A DNA stretch of 64,000 nt, taken from the NCBI GenBank assembly GCA_947630295.1, contig CANRGZ010000002.1, positions 3,224-67,223 of the forward strand, given 5' to 3'. Origin of the DNA: an uncultured Lachnospiraceae bacterium. GTDB lineage: Bacteria; Bacillota; Clostridia; Lachnospirales; Lachnospiraceae. Numbering within the stretch: position 1 is the stretch's first letter; each line of letters begins with the position of its first letter. Positions 1 through 11,142 of this stretch are shown one piece after another. Made by a program: the position numbers and the translations under genes. The notes beneath the pieces were generated by a model, which worked only from the letters and a program-made list of their open reading frames with translations, was not told the DNA's origin and did not search any database.

Positions 1-927
1 CAGATCAAAAATATTTTTGCCGGAACAGACCACAGGCTGCTGCTGGTCATCGGCCCCTGCTCCGCAGACAATGAGGAGGCTGTGCTGGAGTACATCTCCC
101 GTCTGCGCAAGGTGGCGGATCAGGTGGCCGACAAAATTTTCATTGTTCCGCGCATTTATACAAATAAACCACGGACCACCGGCGCCGGGTATAAAGGCAT
201 GCTGCATTATCCGGATCCTACCGAAAAACCGGATCTGATCAAGGGCGTCATTGCCATTCGAAAGCTGCATATGAAATCCCTGACCGACTACGGATTCAGC
301 TCTGCCGACGAAATGCTTTATCCGGAAAATCACAGATACTTAAGCGATCTGCTTACCTATGTTGCCGTCGGGGCCCGCTCCGTGGAAAATCAGCAGCACC
401 GCATCACCGCCAGCGGCCTGGAAATTCCCGTGGGAATGAAAAATCCCACCGGCGGCGATCTTTCCGTCATGCTCAATTCCATTTACGCGGCGCAGCATCC
501 TCATACCTTCTGCTACCGCGGATGGGAAGTCAAAAGTGCGGGCAATCCTTATGCCCACGCCATTCTGCGTGGTTATGTGGATAAATTCGGACAGTCCACA
601 CCCAATTATCACTATGAAGATCTGATTCAGCTGTACGAAAGCTACATGAACGCCGGCTTTGAAAATCCCGCCGTCATCATTGACGCCAATCATTCCAATT
701 CCGGTAAAAAATACCTGGAGCAGATCCGCATCACAAAAGAAGTGCTCCACAGCTGCCGGGTCAATCAGGATATCCGTTCTCTGGTCAAAGGCTTTATGAT
801 CGAAAGCTACCTGCAGGACGGCTGCCAGAAAATCGGAGAAACCGATTTCGGCAAATCCATCACCGATCCCTGCCTTGGCTGGGAAAAAACCGAAAAACTG
901 ATTTACGAAATGGCGGACATCCTCTGA
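1..927 (+). CDS. 3-deoxy-7-phosphoheptulonate (DAHP) synthase, class I type; 5' end cut by window edge
   Basis: Frame 1 is open from base 1 (QIKNIFAGTDHRLLLVIGPCSADNEEAVLEY...), so the start lies outside the window. The translation contains KPRTTGAGYKGML and IIDANHSNSGK stretches, recalled as typical of class I DAHP synthases. Confidence 0.8.
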   Translation, partial: QIKNIFAGTDHRLLLVIGPCSADNEEAVLEYISRLRKVADQVADKIFIVPRIYTNKPRTTGAGYKGMLHYPDPTEKPDLIKGVIAIRKLHMKSLTDYGFSSADEMLYPENHRYLSDLLTYVAVGARSVENQQHRITASGLEIPVGMKNPTGGDLSVMLNSIYAAQHPHTFCYRGWEVKSAGNPYAHAILRGYVDKFGQSTPNYHYEDLIQLYESYMNAGFENPAVIIDANHSNSGKKYLEQIRITKEVLHSCRVNQDIRSLVKGFMIESYLQDGCQKIGETDFGKSITDPCLGWEKTEKLIYEMADIL

Positions 928-931
928 TGTC

Positions 932-2950
932 TTAACAACGGCTGCTGCTGCACACCAGATAAATGACCTGCTTTTCCCCGCTCAGCCGGCGCAAAAGCGA
1001 CAATGCTTCTTTCATGTGCGCATCATCCAGATTGACAAAGGGATCATCCAGAATCATAAACGGCCGGGTTTGCGGAAACAATGCATCCACCAGCGCAAAG
1101 CGCATGCAAATGGATATGATATCCGCATACCCCCGGCTGAAAGATGTCAGCGCCCGGGCCTCTCCGGCCTGCTCCGGCATGGGTTCCAGATTTTGATTTA
1201 AGAATACGGGAAAATCTTCCTCTTTCAATATCAGCTCGATATAGTGAGAAAACCGCTCTCGTAAAGGGGCGATATAATCCATATCGAGTTTTTCTTTTGC
1301 CTTTGCCAGCAAAGCAATCGTCCCGTCTAAGATTTCCAGATGCTTCCGGTCTGTTTCATAAGACGCCTGCCAGAAATCCCTTTCATCTTCCAGCTGGGGC
1401 AAGGCTTCCAATTCTCCTTGCAGTTCTTTCAGGCGGCTTTCCAATGCCGCCATAGCCTTAAACGCTTCGTCCCGTTCTTTGTGCAGCGTGCTTTCCCTGT
1501 CTTTCAGGGTCTGCAGATCTGCCTGTCCGGCCGGGTTTTCCTGTGACAGAAGACGCCGGTTTTCTTCCTGGAACCGGGCCAGCTGCCCTTCTTTTTTGTC
1601 CAGCTGTTCCTTTAGCTGCGCTTCCTTTTGCAGATCATCCCGCAGCTGCAGGATATCCGTCCGATTTTTGGGCACCTCGTCCAGCCCGTAGCGGGCTGCA
1701 AAGTCTTCGATCTGCTTCTGATATTCCCCGGACTGCTGCCGCCAGGTCCGAAGCCGGACTTCCGCCAGCGCCGTCTTTGTTTCTTCCGGCTGCTGTAATT
1801 CCTGAAACCGGCGGCTCATGCGTTTGAAATTCAGAAAATTTCCGATCAGAACCGCGGCAGCCCCGGCCGCAAAGCAGCAGATCCCCGGCAGATTGTAATG
1901 CCCGTACAGACAAAATACTCCTGCCAGAAGCAGCGGCAGGCCGGCAAACATGAAAATCAGATACAGCCGGGATTCCTTTTTCTTTTCAGGCACAGGTTCC
2001 GGTGCTTCTTCACCGGCAAGTGATTCGGCAAGGCCTTCCAGCCGCAGCATCTGATCCAGACAATCCGAAACAGCGGACAGGTCTTCTTCCCGGGGCAGGC
2101 CCTTAGGGTAACGGGCCAAAAGCGTTTCTAAAGACGCTTCCAGTTCCTCTGCTTCTTCCTGCAGTTCCTGCTGTCTTTTCCGGGCGGTTTGGACCAGCTG
2201 TGCTTCCCCTGCCCGGGAAATTTCTTCTCTGATCCTGCGAATCTTGTCTTCCGCTTCCTTCGCCCCCGCGGCCAGACTTTCTTTGCTTTGTTCCGCCGCG
2301 TCTATTTCCCCTCGGATCCCTGGGCCCTCACCAATCGCTTCTTCCAGTTGGCGCAGCTTCATCCGGTCCTGCTCGATTTTGCCGCCGCTGCCCCGGTAAG
2401 GCATCAGCGCGCTTCGTTTTTCTTTTAACAGCGCCACGGCTTTTTCATACTGTCCGATGTCGGCGGTTTCTTCCGCCAGATCCGTCAGCTTCGCGGAAAT
2501 CATATCTGTGGAAAATACGCTGCTGTCATAATTCTGAGGCATGTAGGTGCTTTTTTCATAAGATTCTACGTCCAGCTGAAACAGCTCCAGCCCGATATTT
2601 TCCGTATAGTCTGCGCTTTTCGACAAAGGATCCAGGGTATACAGGGCAAAACTGTCCTGCCTGGGCGTCTGTCCGAAAAACCGTTCGATCCGGTATTGCT
2701 TTCCTTTTTCTTCAAACTGCAGATTTCCGCCGTATCTGCCGCCCTGCCATGGCATATATTTTTTCCGTTCATTTTTTGCCGGATTTTTCACGGCCCGGGG
2801 CATACCGTAAAACATGGCCTTGATAAAGGCGGCCAGCGTGGTTTTTCCGAATCCGTTGGCTTCGAAAATTATCGTCAGATTTTCATCGAAACGCAGGTCG
2901 TATCCGGACAAAACGCCAAAATTCTCGATATGACATGTCAGCAGCTTCAT
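932..2950 (-). CDS. SbcC/SMC-like P-loop ATPase with coiled-coil middle and two predicted TM helices (YhaN-like)
   Basis: 672-aa ORF with N-terminal Walker A EANGFGKTTLAAF and a long E/K/Q/L-rich coiled-coil region. C-terminal FMILDDPFVNLD is a Walker B. Two hydrophobic stretches (LYLIFMFAGLPLLLAGVFCLY, ICCFAAGAAAVLIGNFL) lie mid-protein. There is a 4-bp overlap with the upstream nuclease gene. Confidence 0.65.
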   Translation of the reverse strand: MKLLTCHIENFGVLSGYDLRFDENLTIIFEANGFGKTTLAAFIKAMFYGMPRAVKNPAKNERKKYMPWQGGRYGGNLQFEEKGKQYRIERFFGQTPRQDSFALYTLDPLSKSADYTENIGLELFQLDVESYEKSTYMPQNYDSSVFSTDMISAKLTDLAEETADIGQYEKAVALLKEKRSALMPYRGSGGKIEQDRMKLRQLEEAIGEGPGIRGEIDAAEQSKESLAAGAKEAEDKIRRIREEISRAGEAQLVQTARKRQQELQEEAEELEASLETLLARYPKGLPREEDLSAVSDCLDQMLRLEGLAESLAGEEAPEPVPEKKKESRLYLIFMFAGLPLLLAGVFCLYGHYNLPGICCFAAGAAAVLIGNFLNFKRMSRRFQELQQPEETKTALAEVRLRTWRQQSGEYQKQIEDFAARYGLDEVPKNRTDILQLRDDLQKEAQLKEQLDKKEGQLARFQEENRRLLSQENPAGQADLQTLKDRESTLHKERDEAFKAMAALESRLKELQGELEALPQLEDERDFWQASYETDRKHLEILDGTIALLAKAKEKLDMDYIAPLRERFSHYIELILKEEDFPVFLNQNLEPMPEQAGEARALTSFSRGYADIISICMRFALVDALFPQTRPFMILDDPFVNLDDAHMKEALSLLRRLSGEKQVIYLVCSSSRC

Positions 2951-4020
2951 AGTTTTTGCTTCTCCCCCTTCAAGGCCGCCAGCCCGTACTGAATCATCTG
3001 TGCCTTTTCCTGATCGCTTTTGTCAGAATCCAGTACCATGCGGATAAAGGTACCTTTCAGCGACCGGTCATAGCGATAGGCCGCTTCATCGAGGTACAGC
3101 CGGCTTTCGTCTTTGATTCGTACAAAATAAAACAACGGCTCCATTGCTTTCTGCAGAAACGCCGGATCTATGTCCGCCTCCGGCGACACTTCTCCCTGCA
3201 GGGTAAAATGCACCATATCTTCGGACGGAACCTGAGCTGCCGCTTCCTTCATCCGGTCGGTAATCTCGTAAATGCGGTCCAGCCCGCTGATATCCACCCC
3301 AATATCGTGCAGCTTCCGCTTCGCAAAAGGCATAAACTGTGAAGTCAATCCTTTTTCATCGGTTTCCAGTAAAACAAAACCTTTATGGCCGCACTCGTCA
3401 AATCCTCTGCCCTCCAGACATCCGGCATAACAGTAAACCCCGGCGTCATCCAGCGGCGCCTGCCGGTAACTGTGCAGATGTCCCAGCGCCAGATAACGGA
3501 TGTTTCTGTTTTTCAGCCGGGACAGGCAGATAAGATCTTCTCCGGCCTGTCCGGACACCTGTCCGTGCAGCACCACCAGATTGATTTTGTCCGGATCGGT
3601 TTGCAGGCTGTCGTAAATGTCCTGACAGTTTTCTCGACACAGTACTGCGCCTGTAATCCGGACGTTTTCATATGTAAAAGAAGTCCAGGTTTCCTGAAAC
3701 AGCTTCAGATTTTCCGGCAGTGCAAAATCTTCCAAAAGCCTGCGGCCTTCATCGTGATTGCCCTGCAGATACAGAAAATCGATTTCCCGCGCCGCAGCAA
3801 TCGCATCCAGCACCCGCCGGACCGTGCCGGTCTGCACCCGGGCGCTGTCAAACAGATCCCCCGCAATGATCACCACCCGTACTTCTTTCGCTTTTGCATA
3901 GTCGATCATCCGTTCAAATTGCAGCAGCAGTTCGTAATGCCGCTCCTGTGCTTTCTGCTGCGGCAGACTGCTTTCCATTTTCGCATCCAGATGGATATCG
4001 GCGCAGTGAATGATTTTCAT
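2947..4020 (-). CDS. Mre11/SbcD-like metallophosphoesterase DNA exonuclease (YhaO-like)
   Basis: Carries MKIIHCADIHLD, GDLFD, GNHD, VLHGQ and GHLH metallophosphoesterase motifs. I moved the start to ATG 4020 (RBS-like GGAAAGGAAAAG) because the longer ORF start at 4065 lies inside the tRNA-Ser terminator hairpin. Confidence 0.7.
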   Translation of the reverse strand: MKIIHCADIHLDAKMESSLPQQKAQERHYELLLQFERMIDYAKAKEVRVVIIAGDLFDSARVQTGTVRRVLDAIAAAREIDFLYLQGNHDEGRRLLEDFALPENLKLFQETWTSFTYENVRITGAVLCRENCQDIYDSLQTDPDKINLVVLHGQVSGQAGEDLICLSRLKNRNIRYLALGHLHSYRQAPLDDAGVYCYAGCLEGRGFDECGHKGFVLLETDEKGLTSQFMPFAKRKLHDIGVDISGLDRIYEITDRMKEAAAQVPSEDMVHFTLQGEVSPEADIDPAFLQKAMEPLFYFVRIKDESRLYLDEAAYRYDRSLKGTFIRMVLDSDKSDQEKAQMIQYGLAALKGEKQKL

Positions 4021-4035
4021 GGCTTTTCCTTTCCC

Positions 4036-4067
4036 GAAAAAAAGAAGATGCTTCTTTCGAAGCATCT
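4036..4067 (-). terminator. Rho-independent terminator downstream of tRNA-Ser
   Basis: 9-bp stem AGATGCTTC (4046-4054) / GAAGCATCT (4059-4067) with a 4-nt loop, followed in minus sense by a U-run (plus-strand A-run 4036-4043). Confidence 0.55.
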
Positions 4068-4091
4068 CTTGGTTTTCCTGTTTTTTTAAAG

Positions 4092-4179
4092 CGGAGAAGG
4101 AGGGATTTGAACCCTCGCGCCGCTCACACGACCTACACCCTTAGCAGGGGCGCCTCTTCAGCCACTTGAGTACTTCTCC
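4092..4179 (-). tRNA. tRNA-Ser (anticodon GCT), class II with long variable arm
   Basis: Reverse complement reads GGAGAAGTACTCAAGTGGCTGAAGAGGCGCCCCTGCTAAGGGTG...GGTTCAAATCCCTCCTTCTCCG. It has a 7-bp acceptor stem GGAGAAG/CTTCTCC, anticodon loop CT-GCT-AA and T-loop GGTTCAAATCC. No CCA is encoded. Confidence 0.9.
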
Positions 4180-4232
4180 TGAATTAAAAAAATGTTATGC
4201 AATTCATCGGAAATACATCCGATGTATCGATA

Positions 4233-4261
4233 ATTATACTAAATCCCCGATGCAATGTCAA
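4233..4261 (-). promoter_or_regulatory. Sigma-A type promoter for tRNA-Ser
   Basis: Minus strand reads TTGACA (4256-4261), a 17-nt spacer, then TATAAT (4233-4238). This is a perfect consensus about 50 nt upstream of the tRNA 5' end. Confidence 0.65.
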
Positions 4262-4381
4262 TTCTTTTTTACGGCTTTCCCGCCTGTCGGGATTTGTCAT
4301 TTTTCCTTTTCTATTTCCTGCAACTGCGCTATAATGAACCTGACAGAAGACAAACGGGTTTCTTCAGGCAGGAGTTTTGCA

Positions 4382-5104
4382 ATGCATCTTTTTATCGACG
4401 AATCAGGTTCCATCAACAACCATATTCCCAACAACCGGTATTTTACCATTGCCCTCGTCCGCCCGCTGCAGAAGGATTCGCTCCGCCGGGCGTACAAACG
4501 CTTCATTTCTTCCAATTACGAAGGACTGAAAGTACTGGATCAGGATAAAATCCACCCGAAAACCGGCAAAGTGATCAAATGCGGCGGCAAGATGTTTTCC
4601 GGAAATAAATTCGTGGAACTCAAAGGCGCCCAGTTCGACCGGAATATGAAGCTGAAATTCGCCGCTTTCTTTTCCCAAAAAGCCACGTTTGAACTGTATT
4701 ACATCAAAATCTCCAACAAAGCCCTGTCCGATGCGGTCTGCGAAAAATCCTCCCGGGTTTTCAATTATTCCATTCGACGGGCCCTGGAGACCTTTATCCG
4801 GGAAGGACTGCTGCCGGATGAAGACTGTTTCCTGCAGATTGATGAACGAAATGAAAAAAAAGAACTTCGGTTTTTCCTGGAAAATTATTTGAATACGGAG
4901 CTGAATATAAGCGGCGCGGCTGCAGGTAATTTCGGGGCAATGTATTTCGATTCCCGGGCGAATTATATGATTCAGATTGCGGATGTATTCTCTAATTTGT
5001 TTTATTCGCATCTGCAGACCGGCGCCTATGGGACCCAGCTGGAAAAACTGCGGAATGCAGGTATATTGAAAAGCATTTTTTCTTTTCCGGATCCATCTGC
5101 CTGA
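4382..5104 (+). CDS. DUF3800-type protein (uncharacterised)
   Basis: Start set at the in-frame ATG 4382, preceded by AGGAG 8 nt upstream. N-terminus MHLFIDESGS and C-terminal MIQIADVFSN resemble DUF3800 signatures (recall). The upstream part of the 312-aa ORF overlaps the tRNA-Ser gene and its promoter. Confidence 0.6.
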   Translation: MHLFIDESGSINNHIPNNRYFTIALVRPLQKDSLRRAYKRFISSNYEGLKVLDQDKIHPKTGKVIKCGGKMFSGNKFVELKGAQFDRNMKLKFAAFFSQKATFELYYIKISNKALSDAVCEKSSRVFNYSIRRALETFIREGLLPDEDCFLQIDERNEKKELRFFLENYLNTELNISGAAAGNFGAMYFDSRANYMIQIADVFSNLFYSHLQTGAYGTQLEKLRNAGILKSIFSFPDPSA

Positions 5105-5111
5105 TTGCAGC

Positions 5112-5140
5112 TTGACAAAACATAAGGCATATGCTAGTAT
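5112..5140 (+). promoter_or_regulatory. Sigma-A type promoter with no downstream CDS
   Basis: TTGACA (5112-5117), a 17-nt spacer ending in TGc, then TAGTAT (5135-5140, extended -10 form). An overlapping TATAAT lies at 5138-5143. The next annotated gene on this strand is far away. Confidence 0.5.
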
Positions 5141-5146
5141 AATGAT

Positions 5147-5266
5147 ACCAACAGTAAGTCCTATGTCTGTGCCGTTATCGAGGTAAGCGTCATATGTTGG
5201 CGTCACTATTAGGCGATTGGTATACGAAAGAAAAAGACTGACCTGCACGGTCGGTCTTTTCTTTTT
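5147..5266 (+). ncRNA. Candidate orphan small RNA (about 120 nt), family unknown
   Basis: The segment is bounded by the promoter at 5112-5140 and the terminator at 5236-5266. Internal complementarity includes CCAACA 5148-5153 / TGTTGG 5195-5200 and ATACCAA 5145-5151 / TTGGTAT 5217-5223. It has no convincing ORF. I do not recognise an Rfam family by eye. Confidence 0.3.
5236..5266 (+). terminator. Rho-independent terminator (plus sense)
   Basis: Stem GACTGACC (5236-5243) / GGTCGGTC (5249-5256), 8 bp with one G-U pair, and loop TGCAC. It is followed by TTTTCTTTTT (5257-5266). Confidence 0.6.
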
Positions 5267-5274
5267 GCACTTTT

Positions 5275-5318
5275 TTAAAAAACGGGAAGCCGTTTTCTTC
5301 CGGCTTCCCTTATTTTTT
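5275..5318. terminator. Bidirectional terminator; ends gyrA on the minus strand
   Basis: 9-bp GC-rich stem GGGAAGCCG (5284-5292) / CGGCTTCCC (5301-5309), flanked by an A-run (5275-5282) and a T-run (5310-5318). It lies directly after the gyrA stop at 5325. Confidence 0.65.
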
Positions 5319-5324
5319 CTATGC

Positions 5325-7856
5325 TTATTCTTCCGGCGTTTCTGCTTCCGGTTCTTCTTCCTCCGCAATCTTCCTGGTTTTTGCCATTCCGGCCACCGTC
5401 ACGCCTTCCTTTAAATTCATCACCTTCACGCCGGAGGTATCCCGGCCGATCAGTGATATGCCTTCCACCGGCATCCGGATAATGATGCCTTCCGTCGTGA
5501 TCATCATCACTTCGCTGTCTTCGTGAACGCCTTTGAAGCTGACCACATTTCCGGTCTTTTCATTTATTTTATAGCATTTTACGCCTTTTCCGCCCCGGTA
5601 CTGTACCTTAAACTCTGTCACATCGGTGCGCTTACCCATACCGTTTTCGGTGACAAAAAGCAGGGCTTCGCCGTCGTAATCCATCTGCATACCGATCAGA
5701 CAGTCGTCACGGCGCAGCTCGATGCCCCGGACGCCCATGGAACTTCTGCCGGTAGGTCTTACATCATTTTCATCAAAGCAGATGGCCTGCCCCTGATGGG
5801 TAGCCAGATATACTTTTCTGCTGCCGTCTGTCAGTTTTACTTCCATCAGCTCATCGTCTTCCCGGATACAGATGGCCGCAAGTCCCGTCTTCCGGATATT
5901 TTTAAATTCCGAAATCGGCGTCTTTTTCACGATGCCGTTTTTCGTCGCCATCATAATATAATGGGGCTTCTCATATCCGCTGTCCCGGTCAGCGTCCGCC
6001 CGCTTGGCATCCAGCGGAATCACCGCGGCAATACTCTCCTCCGGCTGCAGCTGCAGGAGATTGACCACCGCCGTCCCTCTGGCAGTTCTGCCGGCTTCGG
6101 GAATTTCAAAGGCTTTGATCCGGTATACCCGTCCTTTATTGGTAAAGAACATCAGATAATCGTGGGTGGAGGTAATAAACAGATCCTTGATGAAGTCATC
6201 TTCAATGGTCTGCATGCCCTTAATGCCTTTTCCGCCCCGGTTCTGGCTCTTGAAATTTTCCAGGGACATCCGCTTGATATACCCAAGCTGCGTTCTGGTG
6301 ATGACAATCTCTTCTTTTTCGATCAGATCTTCCATCAGAATATCAAATTCATCAAAGCCGATTTTGGTTCTCCGTTCATCGGCGTATTTTTCCTTAATGA
6401 CCAGAATTTCATCCCGGATGACGCCCAGCAGCTTCTTCTGATCCGCCAAAATCTCTTTGAGATAAGCGATTTTTTCCAGAAGTTCTTTGTATTCCGCTTC
6501 CAGCCGCTCTCTTTCCAGACCAGTCAGCGTCCGCAGACGCATATCCACGATGGCCTGGGCCTGTGCGTCGGACAGGCCAAATTCTTCCATCAGGTTTTGC
6601 TTCGCTGCAGCCACATTTTCCGACCCGCGGATAATGGCGATGACCCGGTCGATATGATCCAGCGCAATGAGCAGCCCTTCTAAAATGTGGGCTCGTTCCT
6701 CCGCCCGGTTCAGCTCATATTTCGTCCGTCTGGTAACCACGTCCTCCTGATGCACCAGATAATACCGGATCATTTCCTCAATATTCAGCGTTTTCGGTTC
6801 ATTGCCCACCAGCGCCAGCATATTGACGCCGAAGGTATCCTGCAGCTGGGTATGCTTATACAGCTGGTTTAAAATGACGTTTGCATTTACATCTCTGCGC
6901 AGCTCGATACAGATACGCATGCCCTGCCGGTTGGATTCGTCCCGAAGCTCCGTAATGCCGTCGATGCGTTTGTTACGCACCATTTCGGCGATCTTTTCAA
7001 TCAGCCGGGCTTTATTGACCATGAAAGGCAGTTCCGTCACGATGATACGGGTCTTGCCGTTGGCCATAGTTTCGATATTGCTGACGGCACGGACGCGGAT
7101 TTTTCCCTTGCCGGTACGATAGGCTTCTTCAATACCTCTTTTGCCGAGAATCACCGCGCCGGTAGGAAAATCCGGGCCTTTCACAATTTCCAGAATTTCC
7201 TCGATGGTAGTGTCCCGGTCTTCCTCTATCCTGTTATCGATCATTTTGACGCAGGCGTCAATGATTTCTCCCAGATTGTGGGGCGGTATATTGGTAGCCA
7301 TACCTACGGCGATACCGGTGGACCCGTTGGCCAGGAGATTTGGATAACGGGAAGGCAGTACGGTAGGTTCCTTTTCCGTTTCATCGAAATTCGGAACAAA
7401 ATCCACCGTATCCTTATTGATATCCGCCAGCATTTCCATGGAGATCTTAGAAAGCCTGGCTTCCGTATAACGCATGGCGGCAGCGCCGTCTCCGTCTTCC
7501 GAACCGAAATTGCCGTGTCCGTCCACCAGCGGATATCTGGTAGACCATTCCTGGGCCATATTCACCAACGCGCCGTAAATGGAACTGTCTCCATGGGGAT
7601 GATATTTACCCATGGTATCGCCGACAATACGCGCACATTTTCGATGGGGTTTGTCCGGTCCGTTATTGAGCTCGATCATGGAATAAAGCACACGCCGCTG
7701 CACCGGTTTCAGTCCGTCTCTGATATCCGGAATCGCACGGGACACGATTACGCTCATTGCGTAGTCTATAAACGATTTTTCCATGGTTTTTTTCAGATCG
7801 ACTTCGTGAATCTTATCGATTTCCCCATCCATCTGATCAAAGATTTTATCATCCAT
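5325..7856 (-). CDS. gyrA: DNA gyrase subunit A
   Basis: 843-aa ORF containing [17 protein letters not shown] and AAMRYTE (active-site Tyr region), plus C-terminal beta-pinwheel repeats. It lies immediately downstream of gyrB. Confidence 0.97.
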   Translation of the reverse strand: MDDKIFDQMDGEIDKIHEVDLKKTMEKSFIDYAMSVIVSRAIPDIRDGLKPVQRRVLYSMIELNNGPDKPHRKCARIVGDTMGKYHPHGDSSIYGALVNMAQEWSTRYPLVDGHGNFGSEDGDGAAAMRYTEARLSKISMEMLADINKDTVDFVPNFDETEKEPTVLPSRYPNLLANGSTGIAVGMATNIPPHNLGEIIDACVKMIDNRIEEDRDTTIEEILEIVKGPDFPTGAVILGKRGIEEAYRTGKGKIRVRAVSNIETMANGKTRIIVTELPFMVNKARLIEKIAEMVRNKRIDGITELRDESNRQGMRICIELRRDVNANVILNQLYKHTQLQDTFGVNMLALVGNEPKTLNIEEMIRYYLVHQEDVVTRRTKYELNRAEERAHILEGLLIALDHIDRVIAIIRGSENVAAAKQNLMEEFGLSDAQAQAIVDMRLRTLTGLERERLEAEYKELLEKIAYLKEILADQKKLLGVIRDEILVIKEKYADERRTKIGFDEFDILMEDLIEKEEIVITRTQLGYIKRMSLENFKSQNRGGKGIKGMQTIEDDFIKDLFITSTHDYLMFFTNKGRVYRIKAFEIPEAGRTARGTAVVNLLQLQPEESIAAVIPLDAKRADADRDSGYEKPHYIMMATKNGIVKKTPISEFKNIRKTGLAAICIREDDELMEVKLTDGSRKVYLATHQGQAICFDENDVRPTGRSSMGVRGIELRRDDCLIGMQMDYDGEALLFVTENGMGKRTDVTEFKVQYRGGKGVKCYKINEKTGNVVSFKGVHEDSEVMMITTEGIIIRMPVEGISLIGRDTSGVKVMNLKEGVTVAGMAKTRKIAEEEEPEAETPEE

Positions 7857-7914
7857 TCTCCGTCTCCGATCTCTTACCCGTCGCGCTTAATGTAACGCAA
7901 CAAAAAACATTCTT

Positions 7915-9834
<1,920 letters not shown>

Positions 9835-10920
9835 CTATGCTTCCGATTGAATCCTGCCATGCTCCACATGGTATACTCTGTTTACGTCAAATTGTTTTCG
9901 GATAAAATCCTCCATTCCCGTACAGGTGATAAAGGTCTGTATATCCGAAATACTGTCCAGCAGATTCCTTTGCCTTTCTCTGTCCAGTTCGCTTAAGACA
10001 TCGTCCAGCAGCAATACCGGTTTGTCCTGTTTCATTTGCTTCAGTAATTCTATTTCAGCCAGTTTCAAAGACAGGGCAGCGGTACGCTGCTGTCCCTGAG
10101 AACCAAAGTAACGCAGATCAATGCCGTTGACCGAAAACGAAAGATCGTCCCGGTGCGGCCCCACTTCACTGGTTTTCATACGGATATCCCTTTCCGCATT
10201 TTCCTTCAGCTTTGCTGTGAAATTCTTCGCATAGACATCCGCTTCGTATTGGATTACGATTTCTTCATTCCCTTTGGTCATATCGAAATGGATGGAACGA
10301 ATGATCTGATTTAATTCTTTGATAAATTTTTCACGAATAAGGATCACAGAAGACCCGTATTCTACAAGCTTTTCATCTAAGATGGAAAGCAATATTTCAA
10401 AATCCCGGGTATGGGCGCTGTCCTTCAAAAGCGCGTTTCTCTGGTTTAAAACTTTTTTATACGCTGCAAGACTTTTCAGATAAAATGCGTCGGCCTGACC
10501 GATTTCCATATCCAGAAATCTTCTTCGCATAGCAGGCCCCTGCTTGATAATACTCAAATCCTCCGGCGAGAAAAAAACCATATTACACAGCCCGAAGAGC
10601 TCGCTGGCCCGGCGGATGGGAACCTGATTGATGGCGATTCCTTTTTTCTCCGCCGCTTTTAAATGAAAATCAATAATAAAATTTTTATTCTTTTTCTCTA
10701 TCTTGCTTCGGATATGCGCTTCCGTTTCTCCGAAACGGATCATATCCTTATCTTTACAGCTTCGGTAAGACTTGGTAGTGGTACTGAAATACAGCGCTTC
10801 CAGAAGATTGGTTTTTCCCTGTGCATTGTTTCCATAAAACAGATTGACGCCGGGGTCAAACTCCATCTGAAGCGCCTGATAATTTCTGAAATTATAAAGG
10901 TCAATGGACTGAAAAAACAT
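9835..10920 (-). CDS. recF: DNA replication/repair protein RecF
   Basis: 361-aa ORF with Walker A GNNAQGKTNLLEA, signature SQGQQRT and Walker B LLLDDVLSELD. It sits in the conserved dnaN-yaaA-recF-gyrB order. Confidence 0.95.
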   Translation of the reverse strand: MFFQSIDLYNFRNYQALQMEFDPGVNLFYGNNAQGKTNLLEALYFSTTTKSYRSCKDKDMIRFGETEAHIRSKIEKKNKNFIIDFHLKAAEKKGIAINQVPIRRASELFGLCNMVFFSPEDLSIIKQGPAMRRRFLDMEIGQADAFYLKSLAAYKKVLNQRNALLKDSAHTRDFEILLSILDEKLVEYGSSVILIREKFIKELNQIIRSIHFDMTKGNEEIVIQYEADVYAKNFTAKLKENAERDIRMKTSEVGPHRDDLSFSVNGIDLRYFGSQGQQRTAALSLKLAEIELLKQMKQDKPVLLLDDVLSELDRERQRNLLDSISDIQTFITCTGMEDFIRKQFDVNRVYHVEHGRIQSEA

Positions 10921-10929
10921 ACAAACGCT

Positions 10930-11139
10930 TTACTCCGTAACCTGAATTTCCTGTCCCTCAAAGGAAACAAGATCTCCTGCCCTTACCTTTTTTCCGCGCT
11001 GTGTGCAGACTTCCCCGTTCACGAAAACCTTTCCTTCCTGAATCATAAACTTGGCGTCCACGCCGCTGTCTGCAAGACCGGCAGCCTTTAACAGCTGCCC
11101 CAGCCGGATATATTCATCTCTCAACTGAAATTCCATCAC
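10930..11139 (-). CDS. yaaA: S4-domain RNA-binding protein (YaaA-like)
   Basis: 69-aa ORF (IRLGQLLKAAGL...GEVCTQRGKKVRAGD) in the conserved slot between dnaN and recF, as in Bacillus subtilis. Confidence 0.8.
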   Translation of the reverse strand: MMEFQLRDEYIRLGQLLKAAGLADSGVDAKFMIQEGKVFVNGEVCTQRGKKVRAGDLVSFEGQEIQVTE

Positions 11140-11142
11140 GCG

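Noticed and set aside
4021-4065. Longer N-terminal extensions offered by the ORF track (yhaO-like to 4065, hydB to 50311, J-domain to 28476, mnmE from 17423, rsmG from 20685, rnpA from 14540)
   Set aside because: Each extension overlaps a terminator hairpin or a neighbouring gene and lacks an RBS. In every case an internal ATG with a Shine-Dalgarno sequence gives the conserved family N-terminus.
4092-5324. Genomic island integrated at tRNA-Ser
   Set aside because: There is no integrase and no direct repeat of the tRNA 3' end. The DUF3800 gene lies on the 5' side of the tRNA, not the 3' side where islands usually integrate.
4403-5368. 321-aa ORF antisense to DUF3800, starting inside the gyrA 3' end
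   Set aside because: It would have to be read through two intrinsic terminators and a promoter. Its N-terminus is a poly-Lys/Arg translation of the antisense strand of the gyrA 3' end (the acidic C-terminal tail region) and the adjacent terminators. It is not credible as a gene.
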